From: Trypanosoma brucei
Lineage: Eukaryota
Direction: 5' to 3'
Assembly (NCBI GenBank): GCA_000002445.1
Contig: CP000066.1
Span: 1,504,001 to 1,568,000 of the forward strand
DNA length: 64,000 bases
Shown: piece after piece, positions 10,465-21,891 of the stretch
How positions within the stretch are numbered: position 1 is the stretch's first letter
Layout: each line of letters begins with the position of its first letter
Notes under the pieces: generated by a model
Databases searched by the model: none
What the model was told of the DNA's origin: nothing
What the model saw: the letters and a program-made list of their open reading frames with translations, nothing else
Made by a program: the position numbers and the translations under genes

Positions 10465-11076
10465 ATGTTACGACTCTCCAGTCGGTGCCACTTGTATGAA
10501 AAGCTTGGGCGCACAAAACTTGGCGCAGAAGTGTTGTTGAAAACACGCAATGATATGCGAGGGTTTGGGAAGGACAGTAATTTTATTGTTCGATTTCTCG
10601 CGCGCAGGCGACCGATTGATTTCTTAGCGTTGGAGGTGGATGGCCGTTTAGCACGGGAATTGCATCCCTCTTTTCGTATTGTAAAAAATGCATGTACTCT
10701 TTTACTTATGGGACCCGTTTTTGTAATGCTCGTCAGTGGCATGATGTCACCTACTTATTATCTTTTAGTTTCTACCAATATAATGACGGTGGATCGTTAC
10801 AATGGTTTATGGGAATTTTCGCACTGGGCGGTGGTATTGTGTGGGCAGTTGTTTGTGTTTATTTTCCTTTACGACCTTTCGGTGTATGTTCGTTATCCAT
10901 TTTTTGCCTATATTTTAGTGCCCATGTACCGGCGTTTGGGTCTGCAGCGTCATCAGAATGTTACGGTTCCATTGGATGAGGTAAGGCGACGGGCACGCGC
11001 AAAACCGTTAGGCGCTCCGTTGAGTACTGTAGGAAAGAAACTTAAGAATAAACGAACAGGAACACGCGGTTCCTGA
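10465..11076 (+). CDS. Hypothetical small membrane protein (3-4 predicted TM helices)
   Basis: Intergenic-sized ORF on the coding strand. ORF-track start is TTG; first ATG at 10465. Hydrophobic stretches (LLLMGPVFVMLVSGMM and WAVVLCGQLFVFIFLY) and a basic C-terminus. No family recognised. Confidence 0.3.
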   Translation: MLRLSSRCHLYEKLGRTKLGAEVLLKTRNDMRGFGKDSNFIVRFLARRRPIDFLALEVDGRLARELHPSFRIVKNACTLLLMGPVFVMLVSGMMSPTYYLLVSTNIMTVDRYNGLWEFSHWAVVLCGQLFVFIFLYDLSVYVRYPFFAYILVPMYRRLGLQRHQNVTVPLDEVRRRARAKPLGAPLSTVGKKLKNKRTGTRGS

Positions 11077-11727
11077 TTAACCTTTTTTTTTGTTATTTTT
11101 TTAATCATCACTATTAATATCATCATAATTATTAATATACATATATATTTTTTCTCTTCTGCCTGAGGGCTACATCATGTGTTTTGCGTAAAAGTAAGAT
11201 TCCCCTTAACCTGTTGTTGGAAATCTGTCTCCATTGCGAATGCTGGCCTTTGCTAGTGCTATTATTATTATTATGTTGTTGTTGTTGTTGCTGTTGTTCC
11301 AACTTACTCATTTTCCCATGTCACTGATCTCTTTGCTATTTATCCGGTTGCTACTGTCGTATGAACTGCCGACAGTTTACAGCAATAAAGGGGTTTATAA
11401 AGCACCACCAAAGGGAGGAGCCGGGAACAGGAAAAAGAAAAGGAAAAAAGAAAGTGCGTTTGCGTGTGGTGCATTCCATTATAAAAGTTGATCAGATAAT
11501 TTGGTGAGTTGCGCCTAATCGTACGGACGATAGGGACTTGCGACTACACCTTTTTTTTTTAAAAAAAGAAAGAAGTGATAGCGGTGGTGGGAAAATCATT
11601 AGTATATTACGGGAAGGGAATAGGCGTTACAAGATAGGTCCTAAAAAGGAGAAAGACATTGCGTTGTGAGGGGAGCGCGAGCTCCAACTTGAATTTGAAA
11701 TAGCGGAAACAAAAATTGAACCTTGCG

Positions 11728-14439
11728 ATGAACTTCGCCGTACCTCCAGAATATTTAGCTTCTTACGTGAATGCGCAGGCCGTGGTACCAAAAACCGCGC
11801 CACCGGCTAATCTTCAGCATCGATTTGAGGACCCGCACCAAATGCAAAACTGGGGTCCCCAAGGTGTTGCACCAGTTACCACTGATGCGCACACAACATA
11901 CGGAACTCATGCTGATCAGCCACAAGAATATCTCCCGCAGCAGTACCAACAGGGTGGGCAACCAATAACAGCGCAAAACTCAAACAAACTCTACAAGGCG
12001 TCAGCACCTCCCCACTCACCACAACCGCAGCAATATTTGCCAACCGCACCTTCTCCCCAGCAATCAGACACGGTGATTTGTTGGGATGTTCAACTCGCAA
12101 AGTTGCATGAGAAGAGCACATTTCTTGATCACCCCACAATTCCGCGGTTTCTTCACTCATATGTGGATCAGGATATGTCACGGTTACCTCCATCGCTGCA
12201 GTACATCGCTCCCGCAAATCGTACGACCATGCGGCCAACTGCTCAAGTGCTTCCAAATACATCGAAGCTGGCAGACACGTTGCAGCTGCCGCTAGGAATT
12301 ATTTTTCAACCCTTTGCGGATACCCGACCAGCTGAAGTAGATTTTTCACAACTAGGTGGGCGCCTTATACGTTGTTGCAGGTGCATTGCATATATAAACC
12401 CTTTCACAACGTTCTGTGAAGGAGGGCGGCGGTGGCAGTGCATGTTATGCCGGCACATGAATGAGACACCGAACGAATACTTTTGCCAACTGGATCAACA
12501 AACAGGGTTGAGGTTAGATTTGCTTCAGCGCCCCGAGTTGACACATTGTTCAGTAGACATCTACCCATCACGGGAGTTTTTGCGAAATCCCCCTCAACGG
12601 CCGGCATTTATTCTTTTGTTGGACTGCACGTATCATGCAATAGCTTCAGGGAATCTGCGGGCCATTTGTGAGGGCGTTCTTGCAGCGCTTGACACTATGA
12701 AAGACGAGGACGCCATTTATATGGGTGTTATTGGCTTTTCATCTACGGTGTACTTTTTCAACATGGCCTCGACATTACAGTCCCCTCGGGTTATTGTGGC
12801 ACCCGACATTGTGTGGGATGATTGCAAGGTGGAAGACAACTTCAAAGTAGAACCCATTGAATTACCCAGCAGCGTTAATGAACTGTTGGTTAATGTGAAG
12901 GATTCCTACCCGCTGCTGAAGGAGCTTTTTGAGAAACTTCCAGAGATGTGCAGCGATACGAAAGATGTGGGTTGCGCATTTGGTCCTGCTTTTGCTGCGG
13001 CACTCTCCATGCTTGGAAACAGTGGAGGTAAGATACTGGCGAGTATTGACACCATGCCGTCTATTGGCAGTGGAAAACTAAGCCCACGATTTAACATTTC
13101 AAAACTCTCTAACCAACCAAAGGAGTATACTGTGTTGACGGAGGCAAACGAATGGTACAAACATCGGGCTTTGGCGTGCTCGAATAGTAATATATCCGTT
13201 GACATATTCGCTGGTTCCGCACAGGATTTGGATCTGGCGACAATTGCTCCTCTTGCTCGCCTCACCTCAGGAAAAATATACCGTTGTACCCCAGTTACTT
13301 TGAACGGCATCTCACGTCAGGTGCACCGTGTGTTGACGCGGTACACCGCCTTTGAGGCTCTTCTACGCGTGCGCACGTCAAAGGGCCTAACTGTACCGAA
13401 TTTCTATGGACATTGCCACGTGCGGGAACCCGATCTTCTTGCTCTTCCCATAGGTGATGAAGATTCTTCTTACACAGTGGAGCTAAAACCTACCCATGAC
13501 CTCAAGGGAAACTATGCTTATGTTCAAATTGCTGTTGTTCACACCAGTCGTTCTCGAGAGAGGCGTATTCGTGTGCATACATTTCAACTGGCTATATCGG
13601 GATCTATTGGTCAGGTAGTGAACTCCGCGGACTCTCTCGCAGTTGCGTCTTTCCTCAGCAAGATGGCTATTGACAGTGCCATAAAGAATCCATTCCAAAA
13701 GGTTCAGCAGCGGATAATGGAGCGCTTACTGACTACCATACGTGCAGTGAAAACTCATAACGAATCTCATGGTCAACGTGGTGGGTATTTTATGATGCCA
13801 GATTCACTTCGTTTCGTCCCTCAGTTGTTGCATGGTTTCTTTAGGAGTGCAGCGATTGGGTTCTCGACTTCGACGCCTATTCTCCCAGACGAGCGTATGG
13901 CTGCCATCTCCCAAGTGGTTTGTACGGCACCGCAAGGTATCGTTCCTTTTTTCATTGGATGGACATTTGAGGTGTATTCTCCATATGTACCGCCTGAGGA
14001 ACTGCCGCAACCAATTTTTTCCTCGCAATCTTTTTTTAAACCAGATGGTGTTTATTTACTGCATATCGGAACCGCACTCGTCCTCTGGTACGGGCGAACC
14101 ACTGATCCTGCCGTTCTCAACGTGTTAGGTTTACCGTCCAACAGCGGAGAAACGCAGGCACCGAAGGGACCGCCGCAGTCACAAGGAAGGGAACCGCGAT
14201 ATTTAATCACGGATGAACAACTGATTGAAATCCGCAGACGTTTAGATGAATTGTTGTGGAAGTTGAGTGATATCACACGCTGTGGATTTACTGTCTCTCT
14301 TGAAATATGCCAGCAGGGCAGCAAAACAATTGAGCCGGTTCTCACCCGCATGATGATGGAAGATGAAGTGCGGTCATTGCCAAACTACGCATCTTTTCTG
14401 CGGGACGTATGGCAGAGGTCTTCACTGATCGCTAAGTGA
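11728..14439 (+). CDS. SEC24: COPII coat subunit Sec24
   Basis: ORF-track start is TTG at 11716; first ATG at 11728. Has the Sec23/24 zinc finger CCRCIAYINPFTTF...WQCMLCRHMNETP, followed by trunk, beta-barrel, helical and gelsolin-like regions of the right length (~900 aa). Gln/Pro-rich N-terminus as in Sec24. Confidence 0.85.
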   Translation: MNFAVPPEYLASYVNAQAVVPKTAPPANLQHRFEDPHQMQNWGPQGVAPVTTDAHTTYGTHADQPQEYLPQQYQQGGQPITAQNSNKLYKASAPPHSPQPQQYLPTAPSPQQSDTVICWDVQLAKLHEKSTFLDHPTIPRFLHSYVDQDMSRLPPSLQYIAPANRTTMRPTAQVLPNTSKLADTLQLPLGIIFQPFADTRPAEVDFSQLGGRLIRCCRCIAYINPFTTFCEGGRRWQCMLCRHMNETPNEYFCQLDQQTGLRLDLLQRPELTHCSVDIYPSREFLRNPPQRPAFILLLDCTYHAIASGNLRAICEGVLAALDTMKDEDAIYMGVIGFSSTVYFFNMASTLQSPRVIVAPDIVWDDCKVEDNFKVEPIELPSSVNELLVNVKDSYPLLKELFEKLPEMCSDTKDVGCAFGPAFAAALSMLGNSGGKILASIDTMPSIGSGKLSPRFNISKLSNQPKEYTVLTEANEWYKHRALACSNSNISVDIFAGSAQDLDLATIAPLARLTSGKIYRCTPVTLNGISRQVHRVLTRYTAFEALLRVRTSKGLTVPNFYGHCHVREPDLLALPIGDEDSSYTVELKPTHDLKGNYAYVQIAVVHTSRSRERRIRVHTFQLAISGSIGQVVNSADSLAVASFLSKMAIDSAIKNPFQKVQQRIMERLLTTIRAVKTHNESHGQRGGYFMMPDSLRFVPQLLHGFFRSAAIGFSTSTPILPDERMAAISQVVCTAPQGIVPFFIGWTFEVYSPYVPPEELPQPIFSSQSFFKPDGVYLLHIGTALVLWYGRTTDPAVLNVLGLPSNSGETQAPKGPPQSQGREPRYLITDEQLIEIRRRLDELLWKLSDITRCGFTVSLEICQQGSKTIEPVLTRMMMEDEVRSLPNYASFLRDVWQRSSLIAK

Positions 14440-14546
14440 GTACAGTTCATAAAAGATGAGGGGGGGGGAAAGCTTCATTCCCGAAACGCACGTATTATAT
14501 GCTTAGGATTAGTTGAGGATGGACACACGCATATTCATATATATTT

Positions 14547-14550
<4 letters not shown>

Positions 14551-14578
<28 letters not shown>
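14551..14578. repeat. (AT)14 microsatellite
   Basis: Direct reading, located after the Sec24 stop. Confidence 0.9.
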
Positions 14579-15691
14579 CTTTGCGCATTAAAACATAAGT
14601 GTTAATGCGCAGTAGCGAGGAGGGAAATGTGGGATTCAGTGCAAGAGTGCATACGGTAAGCGGCAAAGTGATGATATCAACTCTAAGCAGGATGTTGTGA
14701 GAGTCAAGAGGGCATGTTCAGGTAGCAGCGCAATCACAATAGCAACCTTCACATCACCATCTTGTTCACTTTTTTTTTTGACGTGCCGGCGTGTAATGTA
14801 GTGGAAATTTAGCAGTGATCAACATTTAGGGTACTGTCACACTCACACCCTCTCTCTCTCTCTTTTCTCCGTCGGTGGAAAAACCGCGTTATTTTCGTTG
14901 TTGTTGTTGTTAACTTGCGGTGCTTGCGTTAACTTTTCTCATCCCTTTCCTCCTTTTCTTCTTCATTTTGGGAATTGGTAGCTTGCAGCAGTGAATTGCA
15001 TGTGTCTGTGTATGTTAGTTAATGAACTGTTAAATAAGTTGTGGAGGAAGTTTGAGGTTGTGGTTGCAGGAAGAAACAGGTGCGTGAGATGCAATGTTTT
15101 TGGTGTTACTGGTAGCGGGGGGGGGGGAGCATTTTCTTTTTCGTTTTTTATTTAATCGCGTGTTTTTTTTTTGTGGCTGTGGTGATGAATGCGGAGTCGG
15201 ATTTGTGTTATCCTTTTTGCACTCTGTACCTCAGCTCAGTGGTGAAGTCTCAATATATAGATAGTGTATTGTCTCCTTTGGATACGTCAATTGCTTGCGT
15301 CTTAATGACTGTGTTTCGCTTCCATGAGGTTTTCGTGACATTTTTTTTGGTTACATTTCCCGTTTGTTGCTCGCCTCTTCTTGCGTTCGGTATTGCGATG
15401 CAAGTACCTCTGTGTGTGTGTTTTTTTTAAGGCGATTTCTTCTTGTTTTTTTTTCTTAATTGTGTCAAAGCACGTGCAGGTGGTGAGCATTACATATAAG
15501 GCTATAGATATAGTTCATAAAGGCTGGAGAGCGGAACAGGCGGTCTTATTGAATTACCAAAGAAGGATAAAACATAGCAATTATAATATTAATAATAAGG
15601 AATCCAGGTACTTTGAGGCTGCAGCTGTAGTGAGAGATAGTTAAAAAAGGAAGCAAAGAAATTGAGGGAGAGATTATACATCTCCTCTTGT

Positions 15692-15726
15692 GTCGTCTTT
15701 TTTTTTCTTTTTTTCTTTCTTTTTTA
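15692..15726 (+). promoter_or_regulatory. Polypyrimidine tract upstream of gene at 15765
   Basis: gtcgtctttttttttctttttttctttctttttt. It is translated as FFFFFSFFF in the ORF-track extension, which supports moving the start to 15765. Confidence 0.45.
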
Positions 15727-15764
15727 AAGAAAAAATTGTACTACAAAGCAATAAAACTATTGAA

Positions 15765-16580
15765 ATGCCAAAGGTTCTCATCCCTATGTGCAGCGGGTGG
15801 GTTCTGAAGTCAGTGATGTTGCTTCTATTGGTTCTGATTACCATAAAGTCTGTGCCGGAGGTTGTAGCAGCAGCTCAAGACAAATCCGTATCTTTGGGAA
15901 GCCGTGAGGAGCAAATTGCTTTTTGGGAAGGGGAAATTGAAAAGTTAAGGTCAAAGAGCCTCATTGAGGCTGAGCGAAGATACGGTAATGCCAAACATGA
16001 ATTGGAGGAGGCAAAGAAGAATTCGGGATGGTTTTTTGTTAGTGAAGTTGACAAGGCACGGATAAAGCGACTGGACGAGGCGTACCGAGAGCGACTTGCT
16101 GAACTCTCTGTGTTAAATAAGCAAGAGGAGATGTTATTGGCCAAACTCAAGCCTCTGTATGGAATTGTCTCGCAGCGCTTCATGCAGGAGCAGCGTGACA
16201 CAATTGCTCAAACGTTGCGTACCTTGCAGGATATGAGTTACGACCAAGCATGGTACAACTCCCTCTTTAATATTAGAGAGGCGGAGTCTTTTACGGATCT
16301 AATTATCGGGTTCGCTATTGAGTGGTTGTCAACTTATATATTCATGTATCCATTTGCATCTCTCTACTACGCTTTTTGGTCGGCTCCATGGTCCATCTAT
16401 GCTTATTCCTCCGGCCCATTTGACATTGTTGTGGGCGCTTTCGCTTGGGTGGCTTCAGTGACTTTCATGCTTCTGCCGTATCTTGCGCTTATTGGTGGAG
16501 GTTATTACTTAACTAGGAGCCGCGGTATCCACATCTCAGACATGTTGCGTAGTTTTGGTGCGAGAAGACGAAGGGGCTGA
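15765..16580 (+). CDS. Hypothetical membrane protein: N-terminal signal/TM, central coiled coil, C-terminal multi-TM region
   Basis: ORF-track start 15690 (GTG) translates a poly-T tract; first ATG at 15765 (MPKVLIPMCSGWVLKSVMLLLLVLITI). Heptad-like central region and hydrophobic C-terminal third. Confidence 0.45.
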   Translation: MPKVLIPMCSGWVLKSVMLLLLVLITIKSVPEVVAAAQDKSVSLGSREEQIAFWEGEIEKLRSKSLIEAERRYGNAKHELEEAKKNSGWFFVSEVDKARIKRLDEAYRERLAELSVLNKQEEMLLAKLKPLYGIVSQRFMQEQRDTIAQTLRTLQDMSYDQAWYNSLFNIREAESFTDLIIGFAIEWLSTYIFMYPFASLYYAFWSAPWSIYAYSSGPFDIVVGAFAWVASVTFMLLPYLALIGGGYYLTRSRGIHISDMLRSFGARRRRG

Positions 16581-16670
16581 GAAGAGAATTATTAGAAATA
16601 TATATATTTTTTCCTTCTGTGCATAAAATGAGGGGAATGGCCAACTATTGGTGTAGCCCTTTATGCTCGT

Positions 16671-16753
16671 TTCTCTCTTTCTCTCTCTCACTCTCTCTGT
16701 AGGTGTGTGTGTGTGTGTGTGTGTTTGTTTGTTTGTTTGTTTGTTTGTTTGTC
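16671..16753. repeat. Compound microsatellite (CT)n-(GT)11-(GTTT)7
   Basis: ttctctctttctctctctcactctctctgtaggtgtgtgtgtgtgtgtgtgtgtttgtttgtttgtttgtttgtttgtttgtcc, immediately 3' of the gene ending at 16580. Confidence 0.9.
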
Positions 16754-17397
16754 CTTGCATCCGCAGAAGTAATGGCGCCTCCAAGCCGCGCTTCAGTTCA
16801 GTCTTTTGGATTGGAGACCATTTGATAGTAGGCGAAGAAAATTTCGTAACTTTGTATGCGTATGTGCGCTTACGCCTGCGCCTTTTACCGTGCACCCCAA
16901 TTGTGTTATAAATCCAGTGGTTGTATGCAATTAGTTATCTATTTTTGGTTCAGTGGATAGCATACAAGGGGTTTCACCTTTTCACAAATCTCTTCTACTA
17001 ACGTCGCAGTGATTTGTGTTACGATTAAGTAGTAACATTTTTAAAAATATAAGTACTGGTGTGCCTGAAAATGTGGCTATGGGGTGTATGTAGTACTGTC
17101 TGGTTCCTTATTGAGTCTTTATTTTCAATTCTTTAAAACAATACGGATGATTCCCATCTACTTATTTTATTGCGTTCTTTAATAAAATAAATGCCTCACT
17201 TCCTCAAATACAACGTTGTTGCGTTCATGATTCAGTTTCCGGCAGTTTTCCAAGGAACATCCATTGTAGTCATTTTTTTTTCTTTTTTTTATTTGTCGAT
17301 ACAAGAGCGGGCCGCTTTCTGTAGAGGAAGCGTAACATCTACAAGGGATTGTTGAGGTGATTGTAGCCCCACAACTTAGCACCACTATCAAGCGTTA

Positions 17398-20300
17398 ATG
17401 AAAGGAAATGACAACGACTGTAACGCTGCGGACCCGGAGGTATCTCAACTTGTCATTCCTCCAGAACTCGAAAGGGCTCTTCATGCACATCAAATATCTG
17501 CGCTTCACTTCATGTGGAGGAAACTTGTTGACAACGGCATAGAACGTGTTATTCGTCAGAGCCGTGGTGCACCACTAACTGACCGTGTGAGGTTGTATCA
17601 AGAAGTGTTTGGTTGCATTGTTGGTCACTCAATGGGATTGGGAAAAACCATCACTGCGCTCAGTTTCTTGTTATTACTGCAAAAACACTACGCAACATCT
17701 GACAATGTAAGTAGTAAGCACAAAGTCACCGATTCCTCTGAGGCTAGTGAAGACGAAGATACAGCCGGGGCACCCGTCACCGCTTCATGTATTCGCGTGC
17801 TTGTGTTAACACCGCGCAGTTGCACGTACCATTGGCAAAGTAGTGCTGAGCAGTGGATGAGTTCCAGTCTTTTCGGAGGCACGCAACTACCTTTGTACGT
17901 ACCGCTCGGCAACAGTGCTACAGACGCCCTCGTGTTAAAACATTACCACGAAGGTGGTGCTCTGCTTCTTGGATATGAGGAGTATAATAAACTCGTATCC
18001 CGAGCGAGGGAAGTAGCTGGTGGTGGTCAGTCCTATTCTCGTGTTCATTCCATTTTTGACCGTAGTCGACCACCTCTACCGCTTACACGCCAAGTTGTCA
18101 TGTCAGAAATGTTGGAAAGTTTTGATGTGGTTGTCTTTGATGAGTCGCATCGTTTTAAACGTCCCAAGTCGAGGCTTGTGACGGCACTCAAACAGTCTTT
18201 GCACGCTGTGCAACTGCGTATCGCACTGACGGGGACTCCGCTACAGAATCACCTTGAAGAATACGGCGTCATGCATTCAGTAGTGACAGGTGGTGCTTTC
18301 GATTTGGCTCCGTTTCGTCGTCTCTTCGCCATACCCATTGAGCGAGGCCAATGTGCCGATTCCACATATGAACAATATTTGGAGATGCAAAAATGTGTCG
18401 CTTCACTTCGGCGGTTCTTTTCCACTACTGTGCACCCGTGCGGGCCGGAGGTACTGAAGCGTGACCTTCCAGAACGGCGCGAGTACCTCATTCTTGTGGG
18501 GTTATCACCTCAGCAGGAGGACGCATACCGCTCTCTCTTGAGGCAGTTCTTTCCTGATATGAATAAGGGCGTAATATTAAACCTGCATCACAAGGCTTCA
18601 CACATATGTTGTCATGCGATGATGGACAACCAACTTGTGCAGGTACTCTGCCAGAGTGTATATGTTGATGAGAATGGACGAGAAACCCATAGCAACTTAG
18701 GGGCGGGAAGGGGTGTTCAAACTCCTGGGAAAGATAGTGTTACTGATGACTGTGACAGCGAATCAAGGGAAAGTTCTCGGGATGAGTCAGAATTTAGTGG
18801 CGATATAAGCAGTTCCTCTTCGTCGACGTCTTCTAGTGCTAGTGACTTGAAAGGACAATCACAGGCAAATACGTCAAAGGAAAATGCTTCCGTAGATATT
18901 TGGCTCAAAAGGTTGCGAATTGACGAATCCCCGAAACTTAACCTGACGCTTTCCCTTCTTCGCTACATTAGTGAGGATCTTCGCGAAAAGGTGGTGCTCT
19001 TTTCCACTTACAAGAGCCACTTGTATCTTCTCATGTTTCTCCTAAGACAAAGAGGTGTCGTTTCTGAGGTTTTACATGGAGGCGTTGAGGTTAAGGAACG
19101 TCAGCTGATCATTGACCGCTTTTCGGTCGATCCATCGCTGCGTGTGTTGTTGTGCTCAACAAAGGCACTTGGTGTGGGTATCAACCTGGTCGCAGCTAAT
19201 CACTGCATTCTTTTTGATGTGAGTTGGAACCCAAGTGATGACACCCAGGCAACTTATCGTCTCTACCGCTATGGCCAACGTCGGCCAGTAACAATTTATC
19301 GTATCGCTACAGAGGGAACTTTCGAGCATGTTGTGTTCTTTTACGCTCTGAGTAAATCGTGGATCCACAAAAAGATTGTTGATGTATCCGATCCCGCTCG
19401 GTACGATCGCCACGTAAAAGAAAATTATTTCATCTATCCTTGTCCACTTCCCGTTGATTTTGAACAAGTCGATGGAAAACCTGAGGTTCGTACTAAACTT
19501 CCAAACGGTGAGGCGCTGCAGAAAAAATGGCGGGATTACGCTTCCCTTCACTGCCCCTCTTTACTCCATACCGCACGAGACGGCACGTTTGCGTGGATTA
19601 GGGCGATTACGGAGTATTCCTTTTTGGTGCGTGACAGCACTGAGGAGGCCATAAGGGAGATGGGATTGCGATTTGAGGCGGAAAGGCGAAAACCTTTGAT
19701 GCCCGTTGTGATTGAAAAAGTAATGGGAGGAAGTCGGCCTGTGCAGGAGAAAACGGGGAACACCATGCAACGTTGTGAACCATCCCTACAGGTATGTTTA
19801 AGCGGATGCGCTGATCAACTGGTGTCGATGGCCAGCCAGGGGCAAGCTCATCATGAAGAAGTCCAGCGGCATGTGGCAGACGTAAGCAAACAAGAAATGG
19901 AGAAAAGACTCACTTGTCTTCTCGCAAAGGTGCTCGGTGTTCCTGAGCCAGCTGGAGGATTAGTTGAAGTGGTCACACTTATCTTCCATTTAGGTGTAGA
20001 TCACGTTATGCAGGAAACACTTAACAAAGCACCTTACGCGAAGCTACGTTCAGTTCTCAACGCTAGAGTTCTAAATAGCAAATTATCGGAAAAATCACTA
20101 CAAAACTCACTGAAATTTAAGCCGTTCACTCTCTTCGCCATCATGGCACCAACTGAGGTGACATACACCTTAACAGAGTTAGGTTTCAACAGACCATTTG
20201 CCCCTCATTGTACACTTGTTGGTGTGCGTTGCGCTCTACGGAGCAACAATATATCTCGTGATACGCTTCAAGAGCTGTACAATCTTTTGGCTTCTGCAAG

Positions 20301-21891
20301 CGCCGACGTTAATATTGGAACTGGTGATGCCGTAACAGCGGCAGATGTTGAAGCTGTGATGCTGAAGTGCATGGAAAGTTATTGGCCACCGTACGCCGGA
20401 ATGGCACTGCCTGCTCCTACAAAGGGCGCAGAACAGAGACGCAGCCTTGCGGAGCGCGCCTTACGAGTAGCGGGGGAGCATACAACCGGTTTTGTGCTGC
20501 CGAGGGAAGCAGCGCGATATGTTGGAATATCTCCTTTAACTGACCGGTGTGATGTTTACCAGTGTCAGCGGTGCAATGATGGATTGATGGAGCGTATGCT
20601 ACCTGAATATGTGCTGAAATGCGGTCGTTGTCACTACAATGCAGAATTTGACTTACAGTCGCAACCTGAGACGCACCACGCATGTGCAGTGTATCAGTTT
20701 TCCGTTGTCTGTGGATTGTTAGATGCTTTTTCACATTTTGAGAGCCTGAAGAAGGCATTTGTGCCTTTAGAGTGTCGGGGCGTGCTGCACGCTCTGAGGC
20801 GACTCCGTCAGTTGTCGAAGGTATACACTCCAAAAGAGTTTATTTCCAGTGTGCTGCGTTTTGGAGTGGAGAGTTTTTTGCAGGAGTTGCCAGAGCCGAC
20901 GCTTGGTCTTCTGCGCTTACAATGCGGGGCTAAAGATGTTGATACTTTGAAGGATATCCTCTTATCGGATTCCAGTTTCGCATTGTCCAACTGTGTTCAC
21001 ACGCATGTGCGGCAGATGCTGATAAACTGGTTGAAGTCGAACACAGTAGCAAGTAGTGGGATGCACATTGTTACAATGCCGGAGGCGCTTATTATACTGG
21101 CACTTCAGCTCTTAGGTAAAAGATACAAGGGGGAGAATGGATTTGCCAAAGATGTACTCTCTGAGGCACAAAGCGGTAATCTTTGCGGTAACGCGGCGTT
21201 GCTGCGGTTCGTATGTGACGCAGTTGTGAAGCTCAAATACATCGAGCGGTTGTTGGAACGCCCTCTCACACGTGCAACTTTAGACGCTTTTATGATGGAC
21301 TACGCAACGCCTAGCGGCGGAAGTAGTGAAAGTGAGGGTAGCAAACCTGACGAGCAGTTGAACGGACAGGAGAAGTCTGATGATGAGGAATCAAAAGTGG
21401 ACGAAGAAGATGAGGAAATGCATTCGCTCTCGACAAACAGTGCTTCTTCCCCCTCATTTCGTCCTGACTCGAGGAAACGGCAGCGCTCTCCTTCCCTTTG
21501 CATGTCCGAGGCCACCGTCTTGTCAACAGTGCAGTCATCCTCCTATTCATCATGTTATCCTGGAGGTGAATCGTTGGAGACATCTGTCAGTGAAGATCGG
21601 GCGGAGTCCGTCGCCTACGAAGCAATGGAGGAAGGTGACATACAGATGGTGCGATCTGCTCACTTCTGGGCATCACACTGTGAAGTATATGGAATCAGCA
21701 GCACGGAGACCCATACTATTCAAATAGACGGTGAAGGATGTACTGCGAATGTGCTACATCCACCTCCTAACAGCTTCTGGGCACGTGAAGTCCATGGAGC
21801 AACACACGACGGAATGCGGATATCCAGTGTGATTGATCTGTTTCTTGAGAAATTATTCGTATTATCTGCTTCGGTGCGCGTCATCAAGTAG
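17398..21891 (+). CDS. SNF2-family DNA-dependent ATPase (RAD54/ATRX-like chromatin remodeller) with long C-terminal extension
   Basis: ATG at 17398. SNF2_N motifs are present: LGKTITALSFL, DEAH-like FDESHRFK and LTGTPLQNHLEEY. Helicase_C motifs are present: LLCSTKALGVGINLVAANHCILFDVSWNPSDDTQATYRLYRYGQ. An acidic/Ser-rich insertion separates the lobes. The C-terminal half has a Cys cluster (CDVYQCQRC...CGRCHY...HHAC). Confidence 0.8.
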   Translation: MKGNDNDCNAADPEVSQLVIPPELERALHAHQISALHFMWRKLVDNGIERVIRQSRGAPLTDRVRLYQEVFGCIVGHSMGLGKTITALSFLLLLQKHYATSDNVSSKHKVTDSSEASEDEDTAGAPVTASCIRVLVLTPRSCTYHWQSSAEQWMSSSLFGGTQLPLYVPLGNSATDALVLKHYHEGGALLLGYEEYNKLVSRAREVAGGGQSYSRVHSIFDRSRPPLPLTRQVVMSEMLESFDVVVFDESHRFKRPKSRLVTALKQSLHAVQLRIALTGTPLQNHLEEYGVMHSVVTGGAFDLAPFRRLFAIPIERGQCADSTYEQYLEMQKCVASLRRFFSTTVHPCGPEVLKRDLPERREYLILVGLSPQQEDAYRSLLRQFFPDMNKGVILNLHHKASHICCHAMMDNQLVQVLCQSVYVDENGRETHSNLGAGRGVQTPGKDSVTDDCDSESRESSRDESEFSGDISSSSSSTSSSASDLKGQSQANTSKENASVDIWLKRLRIDESPKLNLTLSLLRYISEDLREKVVLFSTYKSHLYLLMFLLRQRGVVSEVLHGGVEVKERQLIIDRFSVDPSLRVLLCSTKALGVGINLVAANHCILFDVSWNPSDDTQATYRLYRYGQRRPVTIYRIATEGTFEHVVFFYALSKSWIHKKIVDVSDPARYDRHVKENYFIYPCPLPVDFEQVDGKPEVRTKLPNGEALQKKWRDYASLHCPSLLHTARDGTFAWIRAITEYSFLVRDSTEEAIREMGLRFEAERRKPLMPVVIEKVMGGSRPVQEKTGNTMQRCEPSLQVCLSGCADQLVSMASQGQAHHEEVQRHVADVSKQEMEKRLTCLLAKVLGVPEPAGGLVEVVTLIFHLGVDHVMQETLNKAPYAKLRSVLNARVLNSKLSEKSLQNSLKFKPFTLFAIMAPTEVTYTLTELGFNRPFAPHCTLVGVRCALRSNNISRDTLQELYNLLASASADVNIGTGDAVTAADVEAVMLKCMESYWPPYAGMALPAPTKGAEQRRSLAERALRVAGEHTTGFVLPREAARYVGISPLTDRCDVYQCQRCNDGLMERMLPEYVLKCGRCHYNAEFDLQSQPETHHACAVYQFSVVCGLLDAFSHFESLKKAFVPLECRGVLHALRRLRQLSKVYTPKEFISSVLRFGVESFLQELPEPTLGLLRLQCGAKDVDTLKDILLSDSSFALSNCVHTHVRQMLINWLKSNTVASSGMHIVTMPEALIILALQLLGKRYKGENGFAKDVLSEAQSGNLCGNAALLRFVCDAVVKLKYIERLLERPLTRATLDAFMMDYATPSGGSSESEGSKPDEQLNGQEKSDDEESKVDEEDEEMHSLSTNSASSPSFRPDSRKRQRSPSLCMSEATVLSTVQSSSYSSCYPGGESLETSVSEDRAESVAYEAMEEGDIQMVRSAHFWASHCEVYGISSTETHTIQIDGEGCTANVLHPPPNSFWAREVHGATHDGMRISSVIDLFLEKLFVLSASVRVIK

